Below the pieces are notes generated by a model. It saw nothing but the letters and a program-made list of their open reading frames with translations. It ran no database searches and was not told the origin of the DNA. This document shows positions 13,732 to 26,350 of a stretch of DNA of 64,000 nt, in pieces. The stretch is from Spongospora subterranea f. sp. subterranea (Eukaryota). A program made the translations under genes and the position numbers. Within the stretch, counting starts at the first letter, position 1. Each line of letters starts with the position of its first letter. The stretch spans positions 62,001 through 126,000 of the forward strand of contig JAUGWO010000082.1 of NCBI GenBank assembly GCA_049724395.1, written 5' to 3'.

Positions 13732-16700
13732 ATGAGCGGCGACCAGACTTCGAGCTCATCGACGCGACTGGACAGGCTCTTCTCTCTCCTGGAAGGTATT
13801 TTCACTTTTTTTTTAACATTCCTACTATGCTTGTTCGACAATTTTTGGGATTTATCTATCACCGTAATTTGTTGTCTATCTCGTCAGCGTTTTCAACTCA
13901 TTCTGTGTCGTAGTTTGGCAGTAATAGTTTGACGAGGAAAACCGCTGCTCAACAAATTGGAGACGTACAGAAGTATCATCCGCATGAATTGCAGAATCTC
14001 CTTTTCCGGGTGAGTTGTGTGTCTCTGACCGCTGTCATCGTGGAAGTTCACCCCTTTCATCTTTAGCTCCGCAAATATCTTCATCATAAATCCTGGGATA
14101 CTCGAACTGCTGCTGGACAGGCGGTCGAGTATATCTGCTCTCATGTGAAGCCGTTCTCCCCTAACTGGGATCCGGATATCAAACCCCCAGATCTAGAGAT
14201 ATTCAGAGTTGCTTTGCGCTTTTCGGATTTTGAGCTACCTGAAATCATCGCGAAAGGGCAGCACTTGCTCGCCTCTGGAGGAACAGTACGTTATCACAGA
14301 ATTAAAAATGGCCAGATCGAACTTAGTCGGATTGGCTTTTCTTGCGATAGGAATTCAATGCGGACGCCGGCTTGGAGTCATTAGATCCTAAGGCTCGCAT
14401 TGAAATTCAAAAGAAAAGGCTGCTTAAAAGGCTCGGTTTTGATCAAAAACTTGATTGTGGTGAGTCTTACTAACGCCGACTGGCGACCAATCATTGTTGA
14501 CTAATTGATCGTAGGGCTTGAAAACCTCTTCCGAGACGAAGACTTTGAGCTTCAACAAGCAGCCACCGTCAAACAAGAAGACTCGTATTCTTGCTCGCGC
14601 ATAAACGTATGCTGTATGCTCAATCAATTTATAGGTCTAAAAAAACCGCTGGTGACGTTGTTTCTTCGATGGAAAAACTGAGCTCCCGCGAGATCAATCG
14701 TTTGAAGCGACTGGAAAAAAAGCAATTGAAGCAAAAACCTGGTGCAACAGGGACTTCTTCCAAAACTCATACGTCTCAACCACAAACTGGTGGAAAACGG
14801 TTTTCATGAGGACTCTCGGCGTTGCTGATGGATTTTTTTTTAAAGTGGTTAATGATTCTGTCGTTGATCCTACCCAAATGGTTGATTTGCATACTGAATG
14901 GCCGTTTTCTTCCATATCGGAACAGCTTTTGCATGACTTGTTCGATCCCATATGGGAGGTGAGACATGGTGCAGGGGTAGCGCTTCGGGCCGTACTTCAA
15001 GTGTAGTTTTGAAGTAAAAATGTTAATTTGATACTAACTTATTTGTCGATGCAGTCATGGTCGCTGGAGCGGAATGTCTGTCTTCTCTGCACAATCAGAA
15101 TCAGACCTTGATCTACAGCATATCGAATGGGTTGACGACTGTGCGATCCGTTTGCTTTGTGTATTAGCACTGGATAAATTTTCAGATTACGCCTCCGGGC
15201 AGGTACGACATCTTATATACGTGTTTCATTCATTTCCGTCAGTCATGTTCTGCGAAGGCGGTTTGTCCTGTTCGCGAAACATGCTCACAAGTAATTGGCG
15301 TTCTAATGCAGCATGCTCCAGAAACAACTGTCATGTTGGTAATGGAGCGTCTTCTTTACCTCTCGGTCTGCCCATAGAAACCAACTTTTTAAATTGTCTA
15401 AGCATTTTGATGTATAGATGCGCGAAGAATGGGAACTTAGGCATAGTGGGTTTTTGGCCCTCAAATATGTGTTCGCTGTTCGGGGAGACGTCGTCGCCAA
15501 CCGTTTTGTTGATATCACGCCGGCGTTGTTGAAAGGATTGAACGATTCGTAAGTGTGTATGGTGTATCCTTTGCCTGGCTCAAATGTCTTTAGGTCCGAT
15601 GATGTTCGAGCAATCGTTGCTGACTCTTTGCAGTCCATCATTCACATTGCTGTGACCGCTTCCAATTCTCTTCTTCCTAGCCTTTTGTCGACGCTTTGGA
15701 ATACGATCACTCATTATGATGATCTATCGGCTGCCACTGCAAGCGTATTGCAGGCTTTGTATTTTTTTTATTCTTACCCAGAGGTGGGACGTTGATGTTC
15801 AGTCTTAACAAATGCCTAACCCTGAATTCAGACTGTTGCATGTCATCTAGATCTAACTCTTGGGGATTACATTCCTAGGATATGGCCATGTCTTTCTCAT
15901 AGCACAGTGGCTGTAAGAATGACGGCTCTACAAACTCTGCTTCAAATAGTAGACGCCTTGCCGGGAAGCGCTTCGTGGTTTACCGAAGAGCTTCAGCGAA
16001 GCTGGCTTCTCGCCCAGTTTCAGGTTTCAGTTTTCTTCATGATAGAGTTGTACTGACGTGCATCATTAATCAGGCTCTGGTTTTCGAAGAGGATCCTACG
16101 GCTGTGGAGGCTTCTTTACAACTTTGGCGATCGCTTGTTGGACTGATCAGTCGCCTATCCCCATCAACTTTGCCGTCCCCCCGCAGTGATGGTTTAATCC
16201 ATTCCATGGTTTTGCTGGCATGCACTGGACCAAACGATGCGGTGGATCCGCAGTTTCTCGATGGTTTTCTTCGATCTGAAGATAATCAGGTATCATGGTT
16301 TTTTTATTGGGTAATCATCTTCAAGAGTTATTATTAATAGGTCGATGCTGACGAACCTCCTGTAAAAAAAGCTAAGCCGTCGCCTGAATCCAGGTTAGAA
16401 ACGAAATCAGTTTCCATTCCGTTCATACTCACCATTATCAGTGCAAACGTTCGCGGCAGTACAGCGATGCTACTTCGCGGAGCTACCGCATTGTCGACAA
16501 CTATCCCGTTCCTATCTCGTGAATCTGTTCAACGGATTGCTCATTTACTAGAGGAGTTCCGAGCATACACTAGGATTTGCGGATGTGTCATATGGGCTGA
16601 TTCCGGCTTAAGCACTGCTATTCCACAAATTGTGGAGAATCTGGGTATTGGGAACCGGTCCGTCCGTTCGTTCCAGTAAACTGATTTTCGGTCAGGTCCG

Positions 16701-19700
16701 CTGTCTTACGCGGCGACTAAATTTTCGGAATTTCAATTTTATCATCAGCGTATTTATGCACTGGTCATCGAATTATTAATACTGCTTCCCCTGTAATCTC
16801 AAACTACTTCAGGTGCAAGACCTCTGCCTGAAACAGAAGTTGCCCGTCCCTAATCCATTTTCGATCGAATCGGCTGTTGTTCTGGTCAGTAATGAATGTA
16901 TAGCGACTGAACCTTCGTTATGTCAAGCTATTACTGCTACAAAATGTTAGTTTTTGGTATTCATTTTTGAATGTGGATTTGATTTTCATGTTTAGCTCGC
17001 CTTGAAAGCGAGTGTCGCGCTTTGGTTTCAACCATTCATGCATGCGCAGCTGCTGCGTTTTTATCTTGTCAAGAAGCTTTGCCTGATAAGCTGAACCCCA
17101 TAATCAAGCCCCTTTTGAAATCTGTTGAGAACCAACGCCAACCAGAGCTCCAAGAGAGGGCAGCAAAAGCGTTAGGTTTGTCTCTGTATCATCTTCGTCG
17201 TTATGAGAATAATTGACGCTGTTTCCTTCCAGGGGTACTGATTCGCCGGTGCGTTGGTCGAAGTGGCTCCTCTAACACAAAACTGCTTCAAAAGCTTGTT
17301 GCAGCTGCCACATTGATTCGCGGAGAGTCTCCTGTAGTTTTGTTTTCTGATCTCAACTTTGTTAGTTGATTTTTTGTCAGGACGAAAAACGTCTTCTCGA
17401 ACTTCGCGGTGCCAAACGGACATTGCGGGCTGTTTGCGAAGCGTGTGGACCGGATCTATTCAAGATGCTCCCATTGACTTTTCAAATGTCATCACAGACG
17501 ATGTCGGCGTTTATCAGTGATAATATGCAGCAAAGCGACTGGACCAACGAGCTTAACGAAGTAAATACGATAGTTAGACGGTTTCCGATCACCTCTCTAA
17601 TTCTTGACGAAGGCGTCCCTCTTTATTGAGATGCAATTTTTGTCTCTTCTGATTCTTTACGCCGATCGGGGACTTGTATTGTCCGAGCTGTCAAATCTTT
17701 TACCATTAGTGACACATTGCCTGAAGCATCCCTCCTCTACCATTTTGAATCAGGCGGCCTCTGTAATTACCGATTTCTGCAGGGCCGAACTCGTTGCATC
17801 CTTTGAATTTGGTATCTGAATTTGCTTGATTAAGTTATCATATCAATCAAATTTTTTCCTTTAGTTTTAAAAGATGTTCTCCCTCGGCTCTCGGTGCAGA
17901 AAGATGACGTTGGTCGTGTTGGTGCGAATGTATGCATCCATTCATGTATAACCGAACTCGGCATTCTTATTGTCCCGTATCTGGGTTTCCTTATTGGTCC
18001 CGTGTTGGCTCAGATGACGGATCCTGTTGCAAGTAAAGTGTTTGTGGGTTCCGCAGCTGGATAATGTTAATGTTTTTTTTTTCAGAAATTCGAGAAATTG
18101 CCAGTTTAAGCTTTGCAGCTGCTGTGCGTTTAATGCCTTTGGAAGCCGGTGTTGCGGATCCTACCGGAATGAGTTCAGAGGTCAACTAGTGCTTTTTGAG
18201 TTGCCATTTATCTTATTGTTGTTTCTCAGTTCCGTTTGAGAAGAGTACAGCAGCGAGAATTTATTTCGCAACTCTTAGATGGGACCAAAATTGCGGATTA
18301 CGTAATTCCTGTCAATATTCGGGCAGAACTTCGTCGATATCAACAGGAGGGAGTTAATTGGCTTTCTTTCCTACAAAAATTCAATCTCCATGGGTAAATT
18401 TTTGCCGGGCGTCATGTAACAGTTTCCTCCATTCAATCATTTTCAGAATACTATGTGATGACATGGGTCTTGGGAAGACACTTCAAACAGTATGTATACT
18501 CGCTTCGTCTGTTTCTGAAAGGAGAAGGTCAAATCAAGAAGTTTTACCGACATTAGGTTGGCGATCGTTTCGTCCTGTGAGATAGGCAGATGTTTAATGC
18601 GATACCTAGTTATATGCCCCTCCACTTTGATTCATCATTGGGTTGAGGAAATTGGGAAGTTTTGTGATGCAGCAGATTTGTCGGGTGTCGCTTATGATGG
18701 ATCCGCGAGCTTGAGGGCGTTAACGAGGAGCAAAGTTCTATCCAATGTTGGTGATAACGTTGTTGTCATGTCATATCAGGTTATTTGTTTGCGGTAATGC
18801 TGGGTTTTACTGGCTAAGTTGCTGTACTTCTAGGTGTGGCGATCGGATCTGTCGTATCTGAGTAGCGTCAGATGGAATTACTGTGTCCTCGACGAGGGGC
18901 ATATCATAAAAAATCCAAAGTCTAAATTAACTGAAGCGATCAAGCTTGTTCGCGCGAATCATCGGCTTGTTCTTTCCGGTACGCCAATTCAAAACGTAGT
19001 CACGGATTTATGGTCAATATTCGATTTCTTAATGCCAGGATACCTTGGTAAGTATCGAGCGTTTTTGAACGCGAGTTTTCGTTTACAATGTCTCAGGTTC
19101 TTCCTCTTATTTCAACTCGAAGTTTTCAAAACCCATCTCACTTGGGAATTCATCAAAAGCATCCGATAAAGACCAGGAAGCCTCCATCGGTGCGTTGGAA
19201 GCGTTGCATAAACAGGTGTTACCGTTTCTTCTTCGACGAGTAAAAGAAGACGTTCTTAAAGACCTTCCAGAAAAGATAATTCAGGATTATTACTGTGATC
19301 TTTCTCCCTTACAGGTCGGTTAGTAAATTTTTGTCAGTCTAGTTATCCTCATTCGTTCAAAGGTTGAGTTGTATGAGTCGTTTTCCAAGAGCGGCGTGGC
19401 CAAAGAAGTTCAAAGTGAACTGTCTTATGAAGCGGCAAAAGCTAATGATTCAGCAAATCCACAAAGTAGCTATTCACTTGGGTGTATCGCTGTCACACTT
19501 AAACATTGTTTGCAGGTGCGAAACATGTTTTCCAAATCCTACAATATCTTCGAAAACTGGTTACCCATCCAGCGCTTGTCCTTGACCATGACCACCCCGA
19601 GTACGAAAGGGTTATGGCTGAATTAAAACAGCAAAATCGGTCGATCCACGATATCGGTATTCCGAAGTTGGACTCCTTGATTTATTGGATGTGTCATCTC

Positions 19701-20551
19701 CTTTTCAGAATTGGCGCCCAAGTTGCTAGCACTTCAGCAACTTCTGCTTGACAGCGGAATTGGAGTTGAGCAACCGTCAGCAGTCAGCCAGCATCGGGTG
19801 CTGCTCTTTGCGCAGTTGAAATCCGTTCTTGACATTGTTCAAGAGGATCTATTCAAGCAGCACATGCCTAATATTACATATCTTAGGTAAGATCATTGAT
19901 CGCATAGTGATGGGTTCTTATCACTTGGAGTTTCCATAGGCTTGACGGAAGTATGTCACCTGCGGGATCGATTTGGTGTCGTCAAACGGTTTAATGCTGA
20001 TCCAACTATTGACATCCTGCTTTTGACAACTCATGTTGGTGGTCTTGGGTTAAATTTAACTGGAGCAGACACGGTGATCTTCTTAGAACACGATTGGAAC
20101 CCGTCGAAAGACCTCCAGGCAATGGACAGAGCTCATCGAATTGGGCAAACGAAGGTAATTCTGTTCTCAGCAAATGCCCTTGATTGTCAACTGACATGGT
20201 TTCAGGTGGTAAACGTTTACCGGTTAATTACACGGCAGACTTTAGAGGAAAAGGTGATGCGTCTGCAAAAGTGGAAGCAGAGTCTTGCAAATACAATCAT
20301 CACCCAAGACAATTCTTCTTTGAGGTCGTTGGATACCGATCAGGTTCTGGATTTGATGACTGTTTCCTCGGAACGTGGACAACATCCATCATCAAGGTCC
20401 TCAACAACAGAACTAGATGCTCTCGGAAACATTAACACTGGCAAGAAAACTGGCATGAAAGCTATGATCGAAGGCCTTCAAGAAATGTGGGACGAATCGC
20501 AATATGAAGAAGAGTTATAACCTCAACCAATTTATCAAGAAGCTGCAATGA
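13732..20551 (+). CDS. MOT1: TBP-associated Snf2 ATPase MOT1/BTAF1, about 30 short exons
   Basis: TRLDRLFSLLE, DLFDPIWEVRHGA, CVLALDKFSDY, LPDKLNPIIKPL, ILCDDMGLGKTLQ, VLDEGHIIKN, LSGTPIQN, LLLTTHVGGLGLNLTGADTVIF, DLQAMDRAHRIGQ. Removing one T at ~20516 restores the ending EEEYNLNQFIKKLQ-stop (TGA 20549-20551). Confidence 0.96.
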
Positions 20552-21091
20552 CACCTACGTCTTTTCTAATTTATTGTATAAACCCGAATATCGGATGCGA
20601 TGTATTCCTCCTCCGCTCGAACGCAATCGGCTCAAAACTTGAGGGTGGTGCATGCCTACACTAATGGGGTCGTCCGAGCCGGACGGTCGAGCCTAAAGGG
20701 TTACCGGTAACGTAAGCCGATCAGTCACGCACGCCACCCACGTGACATAACTCATAAGTGCACGTTGTGCCTAAGTGCTACTGGGTTCATGCGTTCGTAC
20801 CAGAGTGTGGTTTCCGGCACGGTATCATCAGTGACCGGGTCGGTGTATCATCCATATTTGGCCGCGGCCAATTCGCCCACGACTGTGGCTAGGTCCCGCC
20901 CAAGTGTCCGTGAGCCACTCTAGGCACAGTGGCCAGATACTGTAAGGTCCGAGTGGGTCCCAGTCGCGGCTTAATCCGGTCCACGATCAGTGTCAACGGT
21001 TGCGGCCTGCTTCAGTATTGCGTTGGCATTCACAATCGGTCCCTGATAATCGGTCACGGAGTCCGCCACGGACACACCCAAGCCCCATCAT

Positions 21092-22138
21092 ATGGACGAC
21101 GAGGCATGTGCCACGCTCATGTCCTTCGCGGCGGCCGAATCTGGATCGAGGGCGTCACCGCCTTCGCCGCCTCTTGACGACGACGGCTCCATGTTCCCCG
21201 TCGCAAAGATATCGGCTATAATGAAGCGGGCTTTACCTCCGGGTGCGTTTGTGTCCAAGGACGCCAAACGTGCCGTACAAAGGTGTGTCTGTGAGTTCAT
21301 CTGCTTCCTAACAAGCGAGGCGAGCGATCGGGGCGGCAAGGCACAGAAGATAATCGAGAGCGAAGACATATTGCACGCGTTTAGGCACCTTGGATTCCAT
21401 CAATACTCAGATCTTTGTCAATCTTATATGGGTACGAACTATAACCTCATCAATCGCACCCTACATTTTCAATTCGTTTTTTCCGTTTTTTCTATTTAAT
21501 ATTGCTGAGGTCGAAATATTTATAAAATGTTGTCGTCAGATCGATATAGGAGCCAATCTATCCAATCAGAGGCGGCGGCGACCTCACCGCGATCTCCATT
21601 ATCTCGACGACGACCCAGGGCTGCTATGGCGATACCGATTCCCATGGACGGGCGTACACGACCCACGCCCGCCACTGCTGTCCTCTCGGCCACCGACGTC
21701 TCCGCTCTTGACGAACCGCAACGAAAACTGCCAAGATGCGACCCTGGTGCCGATATTCACGTGATGAAATCGCTATATCAAGTGTCGATCGAAGTGGCGT
21801 CGTCTCTCGTTTATGCCTGGTCATCGCCCATACTTGAGACCGCCTTATTTCTGGCTGCTTCACCGGCTGTGACGCCATTGTCCGGTGGCGAATGCGGTAT
21901 GAGCCCCATGTTCTTATCACGCCTCCAGAGCATGTCCATGATGTCGCCCGCGATGTTGCCCGAACAAGCTTTAGGTTCCGCGATTCAGCCAATGTGGCTA
22001 TCGTCAGGTCAACCTCAAGGCAACTACAACGCGCTACAGAATGCGGCTCGTAGAGGCATCACTGTTGAAAATTTCATCTTACAAAACGAGTATCCGTCAT
22101 CATCGACAATGTCAAACTCATTCACCCCGCCTACATGA
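21092..22138 (+). CDS. NF-YB/HAP3-like histone-fold transcription factor with a long low-complexity C-terminus (intron ~21432-21539)
   Basis: FPVAKISAIMKRALP...VSKDAKRAVQRCVCEFICFLTSEASD...EDILHAFRHLGF fits the NF-YB histone fold. Splicing ATG G|gt...cag|AT CGA joins the 21527-22138 ORF in frame. Confidence 0.85.
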
Positions 22139-22615
22139 TATATATCATAACCTCACTATTATGCATAGTCATGTTCAGCGCGTTGTATTATATTCTTATG
22201 CCGGTTGCGATGGGATTCTCAGATGAGGTGTCCCCGTTCATCTCATAAAATCTCCCGCCTAAACACGAACGGCGCACATTAATGCTAACACAACCGTCTG
22301 CACCTCGTTTATAGTAATCTCCGATTTCCCCATATGCAATTCGCCGTTGTCTTAGCGAATTGAGGGTCGATCTATTCTTGTGGAACCTCCTTTTGGTTTT
22401 AAGGCATGTCTGTTTATTTAATCGAGATCGTTTGGCGCTACCCATGCAACTCTGGAACATAGGAGATCGTTACACATAGGGGAGGTCAATCGATAATAGA
22501 ATCGTTAACAACTGTGAGACAGTGGGGGGGTGACCGACCCATCACGGCTGGGGCTAGTGCAATTCCAGATAAAAAGGGCCAAACCTCCCGATCGTCAGCA
22601 ATATCATCCATCGGT

Positions 22616-25300
22616 ATGGCGGACTCGATCCGGGTCAGGAGCGAGTCCGATCAGGCCAGTAAAAGCGGGAGCGTGAAAGTCAGTATGGTGGAGGAGGTCT
22701 CAGAAAAGAAGATGGCCCGACATGCACCTCATATCAGTCACCTGTTCCAGCCACCCGATCCAGACAAATCGTGGAATCTGACCAACATGTTCACAAGCAG
22801 GAAGCCGTTTCGCCTCTCGCAATTCAGCTTTGAAGATGAAGACGATGGTAATTCCTCGAATTTGTGAAAGAACACGATTGTGACGCTGTTTTTGGTTAAC
22901 AGAAGACGATAAGGTGAAAGAAGCTGTTTCGGGTGTATTTCATTGGTTCAGGAGGCGCGTGGCAACTGTTGGAATCGTGGTCCTTTCGTTGATCGTCACG
23001 TTCGTCATCTTCGCCGTTGATCCCAACAACGAAATCCGCCCAACAAGTGCCGTTGGACTATGGATGTGGACAGCTCTTCCTGGAATGGTTTCAGCCCCAA
23101 CAATCTCTCGTATATCCCCGATTTGATCGTTCGTTCTCACAGGTGGTGATGGTCTATCTGCTCTGTGGGATCATCGAGAACACCATCCTATGGATCGCTC
23201 GCAAGTCGTTCTCCAATCCGACGTGGATCCTGGTGATCATTTTGCAACAGTTGACCACCTATCTGTATGGATGATAGTTCCCTTCGACCTTGTGCCCAAA
23301 ACACCCATCGCTGACCCACGATCCCACAGGCGATTGATCATGTTCACCGTGGCCCTTGATGGTGGGTCCTGCAGCCGTCGCCCCGATCCTTTCAACAATT
23401 CCTGACCGTTCTCCCTCCAGTTTACCTAATCGATTGGTTCAACACATATAGCGGTAATCCTGAGCGGTTGAACAGAGTTGAGGTCTTCGCGCGAAACTGC
23501 CTCCGATCAGTCTACATTGTGGCGCTATTGATCGTCCTCAGAAACATTTTACTCAATCTGCTCGAATGCTCTTTCACCTTACGATCATTCCAGAAGCAGA
23601 TATACGACATATACAGGAAGGTCGACACATTGCAGCAGTTGTTCTGCCGTTCTGCCCACGAACGCCAGGTATTATGCCCCTGGACCCGTTCATGAGTCAT
23701 CAGACACAATAGTATCTAATTCTGATATAAAGGAGCTATACACAATGTGGAAGAACGATTCCGATCGTAAACAGTTCATGTACAGAGTTAGGGCGGTACG
23801 AGATCACCCATTAAGGCTGAATCTAGAGCAATCCGGGACCAACGAATCCGGTGTGTTTGTTGCTTTTATATCCCGAGAAGTCGCTCCTTCTAAAACCGTT
23901 TGACGACCGACAGAAATGACGATTGTGTTTTCAACAATCGATCTGGTTGAGATCCAGACGGCTAAAGATATGTCCCAAATCGCCGGATTGCTGTTTGATC
24001 AGTTAATGGACATGCGAGAGGACGACAAACAAGTGATTGATTTCAGCCAATGGCGGACGTTCTTCGAAGTAGGTTCATTTCGGCCCTTGTCGTCGCCACC
24101 GTGGTGTTCACGTTGAGAACAGGATGTTAAAGCGGCGAAGGGGGCGTTCGTATCGGTATTCAGCTCTAACCCGGTCGTAATGATGAACCGATCAGCGACG
24201 CGGGAGCAGTTCGTCAACTGCTGGTCGAAGATCGTGAAGCAAAGAACGGGGTTGGTCAATAGGCTATTGGCGGCCAGAAACGTCTTCAATCTCGTCCAAA
24301 ACATCGCTAAATCCGTATTTTGGATTCTAATGTACTGAGCCCGCCGGTTTCTGGTTATTCCACTGAATCATGGCGATTTCGCCTTACAGGACGTTCGTCA
24401 TCGCCACCAACTTCGGGTTTGATATTGCACAAGTCGTGACAGCGGCGTCCGCTTTCGTCATCTCATTCGGTACGAACAACAATCGCGACCTGATATTTTC
24501 TGATTTCTTGCCGATCGTTAGCGTTTGCGACAAGTAAAAGCCTGAGCCGTATTGTGGAATCGGTCATGTTCGGTAAGAGTTTGCCCCGCCGCCGCCGTGG
24601 TTTTTGTGCTAACCATCGCGTGCAGTGTTCGCCTCCCATCCATATCAGGTCAACGATATCGTCAAGATTGTAATGCGGACCCGCGTTTGTGTCGCTTATT
24701 CTGACCTTGAGCGCAGGGTGGACGATGGTGGATCATCGAAAGCATTGGCATTCTAGAAACGAAAGTTCGCGATCCATCGAATCTGGTGACGCGATTCAGC
24801 AACCAATTGCTGGCCGATATGGAGATATCCAACGTGGTCTATTCCCGACAGGCGATCAGCATCATGATCATCACGATCTCGGTCGACACGACCGTCGACA
24901 AGATCGAACAGCTCCGATCGGCTCTGCTCCGCTACACACTCATGAACAGCAACAATTGGAAATCGGGACGAGTGACGATGTTCCAGAACGGAATCACCGA
25001 GAGCAATAACATTGAATTAGAGGTGGGTTTCAGGGAAAGATTGGTGATTTATGGGAGTGGTTGATGAGGGTGTAGATAAGGGTTGAAAGCCATATTGAAT
25101 GGATGGAGCGGGCAGCGTTTCGCGCGGCCGATTTTGCATTGAAGACCTACTTTCGGGAGCAGCTGGCTTTGTTAGGAATGCAATGGCAGAACCCGATACA
25201 GAGGGTGCAGCTGATCAACGGATCGATTCCCGCTGGGACTATGGCTCAGGCCTCAGATATCTCGACATCAACAACGTTCACCAAATCTAAAGAAATTTAA
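22616..25300 (+). CDS. MscS-like (MSL) mechanosensitive ion channel, multi-exon
   Basis: Several hydrophobic exons, then FAFATSKSLSRIVESVMFVFASHPYQVNDIVKI and IESIGILETKV...RFSNQLLADMEISN, matching the eukaryotic MSL pattern F.F..HPFDVGD / V....LTT...N..L....I.N. Confidence 0.85.
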
Positions 25301-25956
25301 GCCCAATTTACTCCAGCCCAATCTAAAATGTGTAAATAAAGGAGGTCCCAGTCTGGTTCAGCCCAATAGTGATGATTATCGCCATGGCCCTCATCTGGTC
25401 GGATTGCTTGCCCGTCCGCATCTCGACAAACCGTGTAACCTGCCACAATGGTCTCAAGTCTGACCTGTATGGAAAACGTATTCCTTTGTCGGGTCTGTCA
25501 GTTCCTGATGGACACCTGGCAGCAATGCCGTGCTGTTCAGAGCACCACGTACTCAAATGCTTCCGACTCTTCGTATCTCAATCGTTGCGACGATTGATGC
25601 AATGCCTAAGGGGCCATTTCCAGAGAGATCAAGCAGTTTTTACAGAGGCTTGGTCCACCCAGAAATGCAGGCACCGGTTGTTCGGTCGAGATTTGTGTAC
25701 AGGCCAGGATCAGTGCACCTTGGCAATTATAAAACCCGCTGTGGATAACCCGAACGTTGGATCATTGTTTTGATCAACCCATTGGAGTCATTTATAGAAC
25801 CCCCGTTTAGAGTCATTGCTGATAAAACCCCAGGTTGAGTCGTTGTCGATAGAACTTCCGTTTGAGTCAGTACACGATGTCGAGCGATATACTGGGGACG
25901 GTGCCAGAGTTGCGACAACCTCAGGAACTCATCTACACTATTCGTACCGGCCAAAT

Positions 25957-26350
25957 GCGCCATTGTCGCCTATCAGTTATTTCCCTCGATACTATCTCAA
26001 TGTGTCAAGAAAGTGCCATAACATTGGTATTGCTCGCAATGCGATCCCCAATTACATCCCTTCGACGCAGCCAATGCCAAGGGTAATTGCAATGATGCGG
26101 CATCGATCACAAGTGGAGGCCGTGTCGGAACGATGTCGAACAGAAATGGTCAATGAAGCTGTTAAACATCCCGTGTTGGGGGAAACATTGTTCCGACATG
26201 GCCTCCACTTGTGACCATCATCGCTGTCGCCTCAACCTTAGCACGAATGGGATATAATTCGCGACCGCATTGCGAGCAATGCCAATTTTAGTGCACTTAA
26301 CACACTGAGGAATTATATCAACGTAAATAATTGACAAACGACGGTGGCGC
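25957..26350. repeat. Imperfect inverted repeat (arms ~25957-26136 and 26185-26350, 48-nt spacer)
   Basis: 26107-26136 vs 26185-26214 are reverse complements at 28/30; 26023-26046 vs 26263-26286 at 22/24. Weaker matches extend out to GCGCCA/TGGCGC. Confidence 0.85.

Noticed and set aside
20521..21500. MOT1 plus NC2-beta functional gene pair
   Set aside because: The histone fold matches NF-YB (IMKRALP, SKDAK, VQ.CV.EFI.F.TSEASD) better than DR1/NC2-beta.
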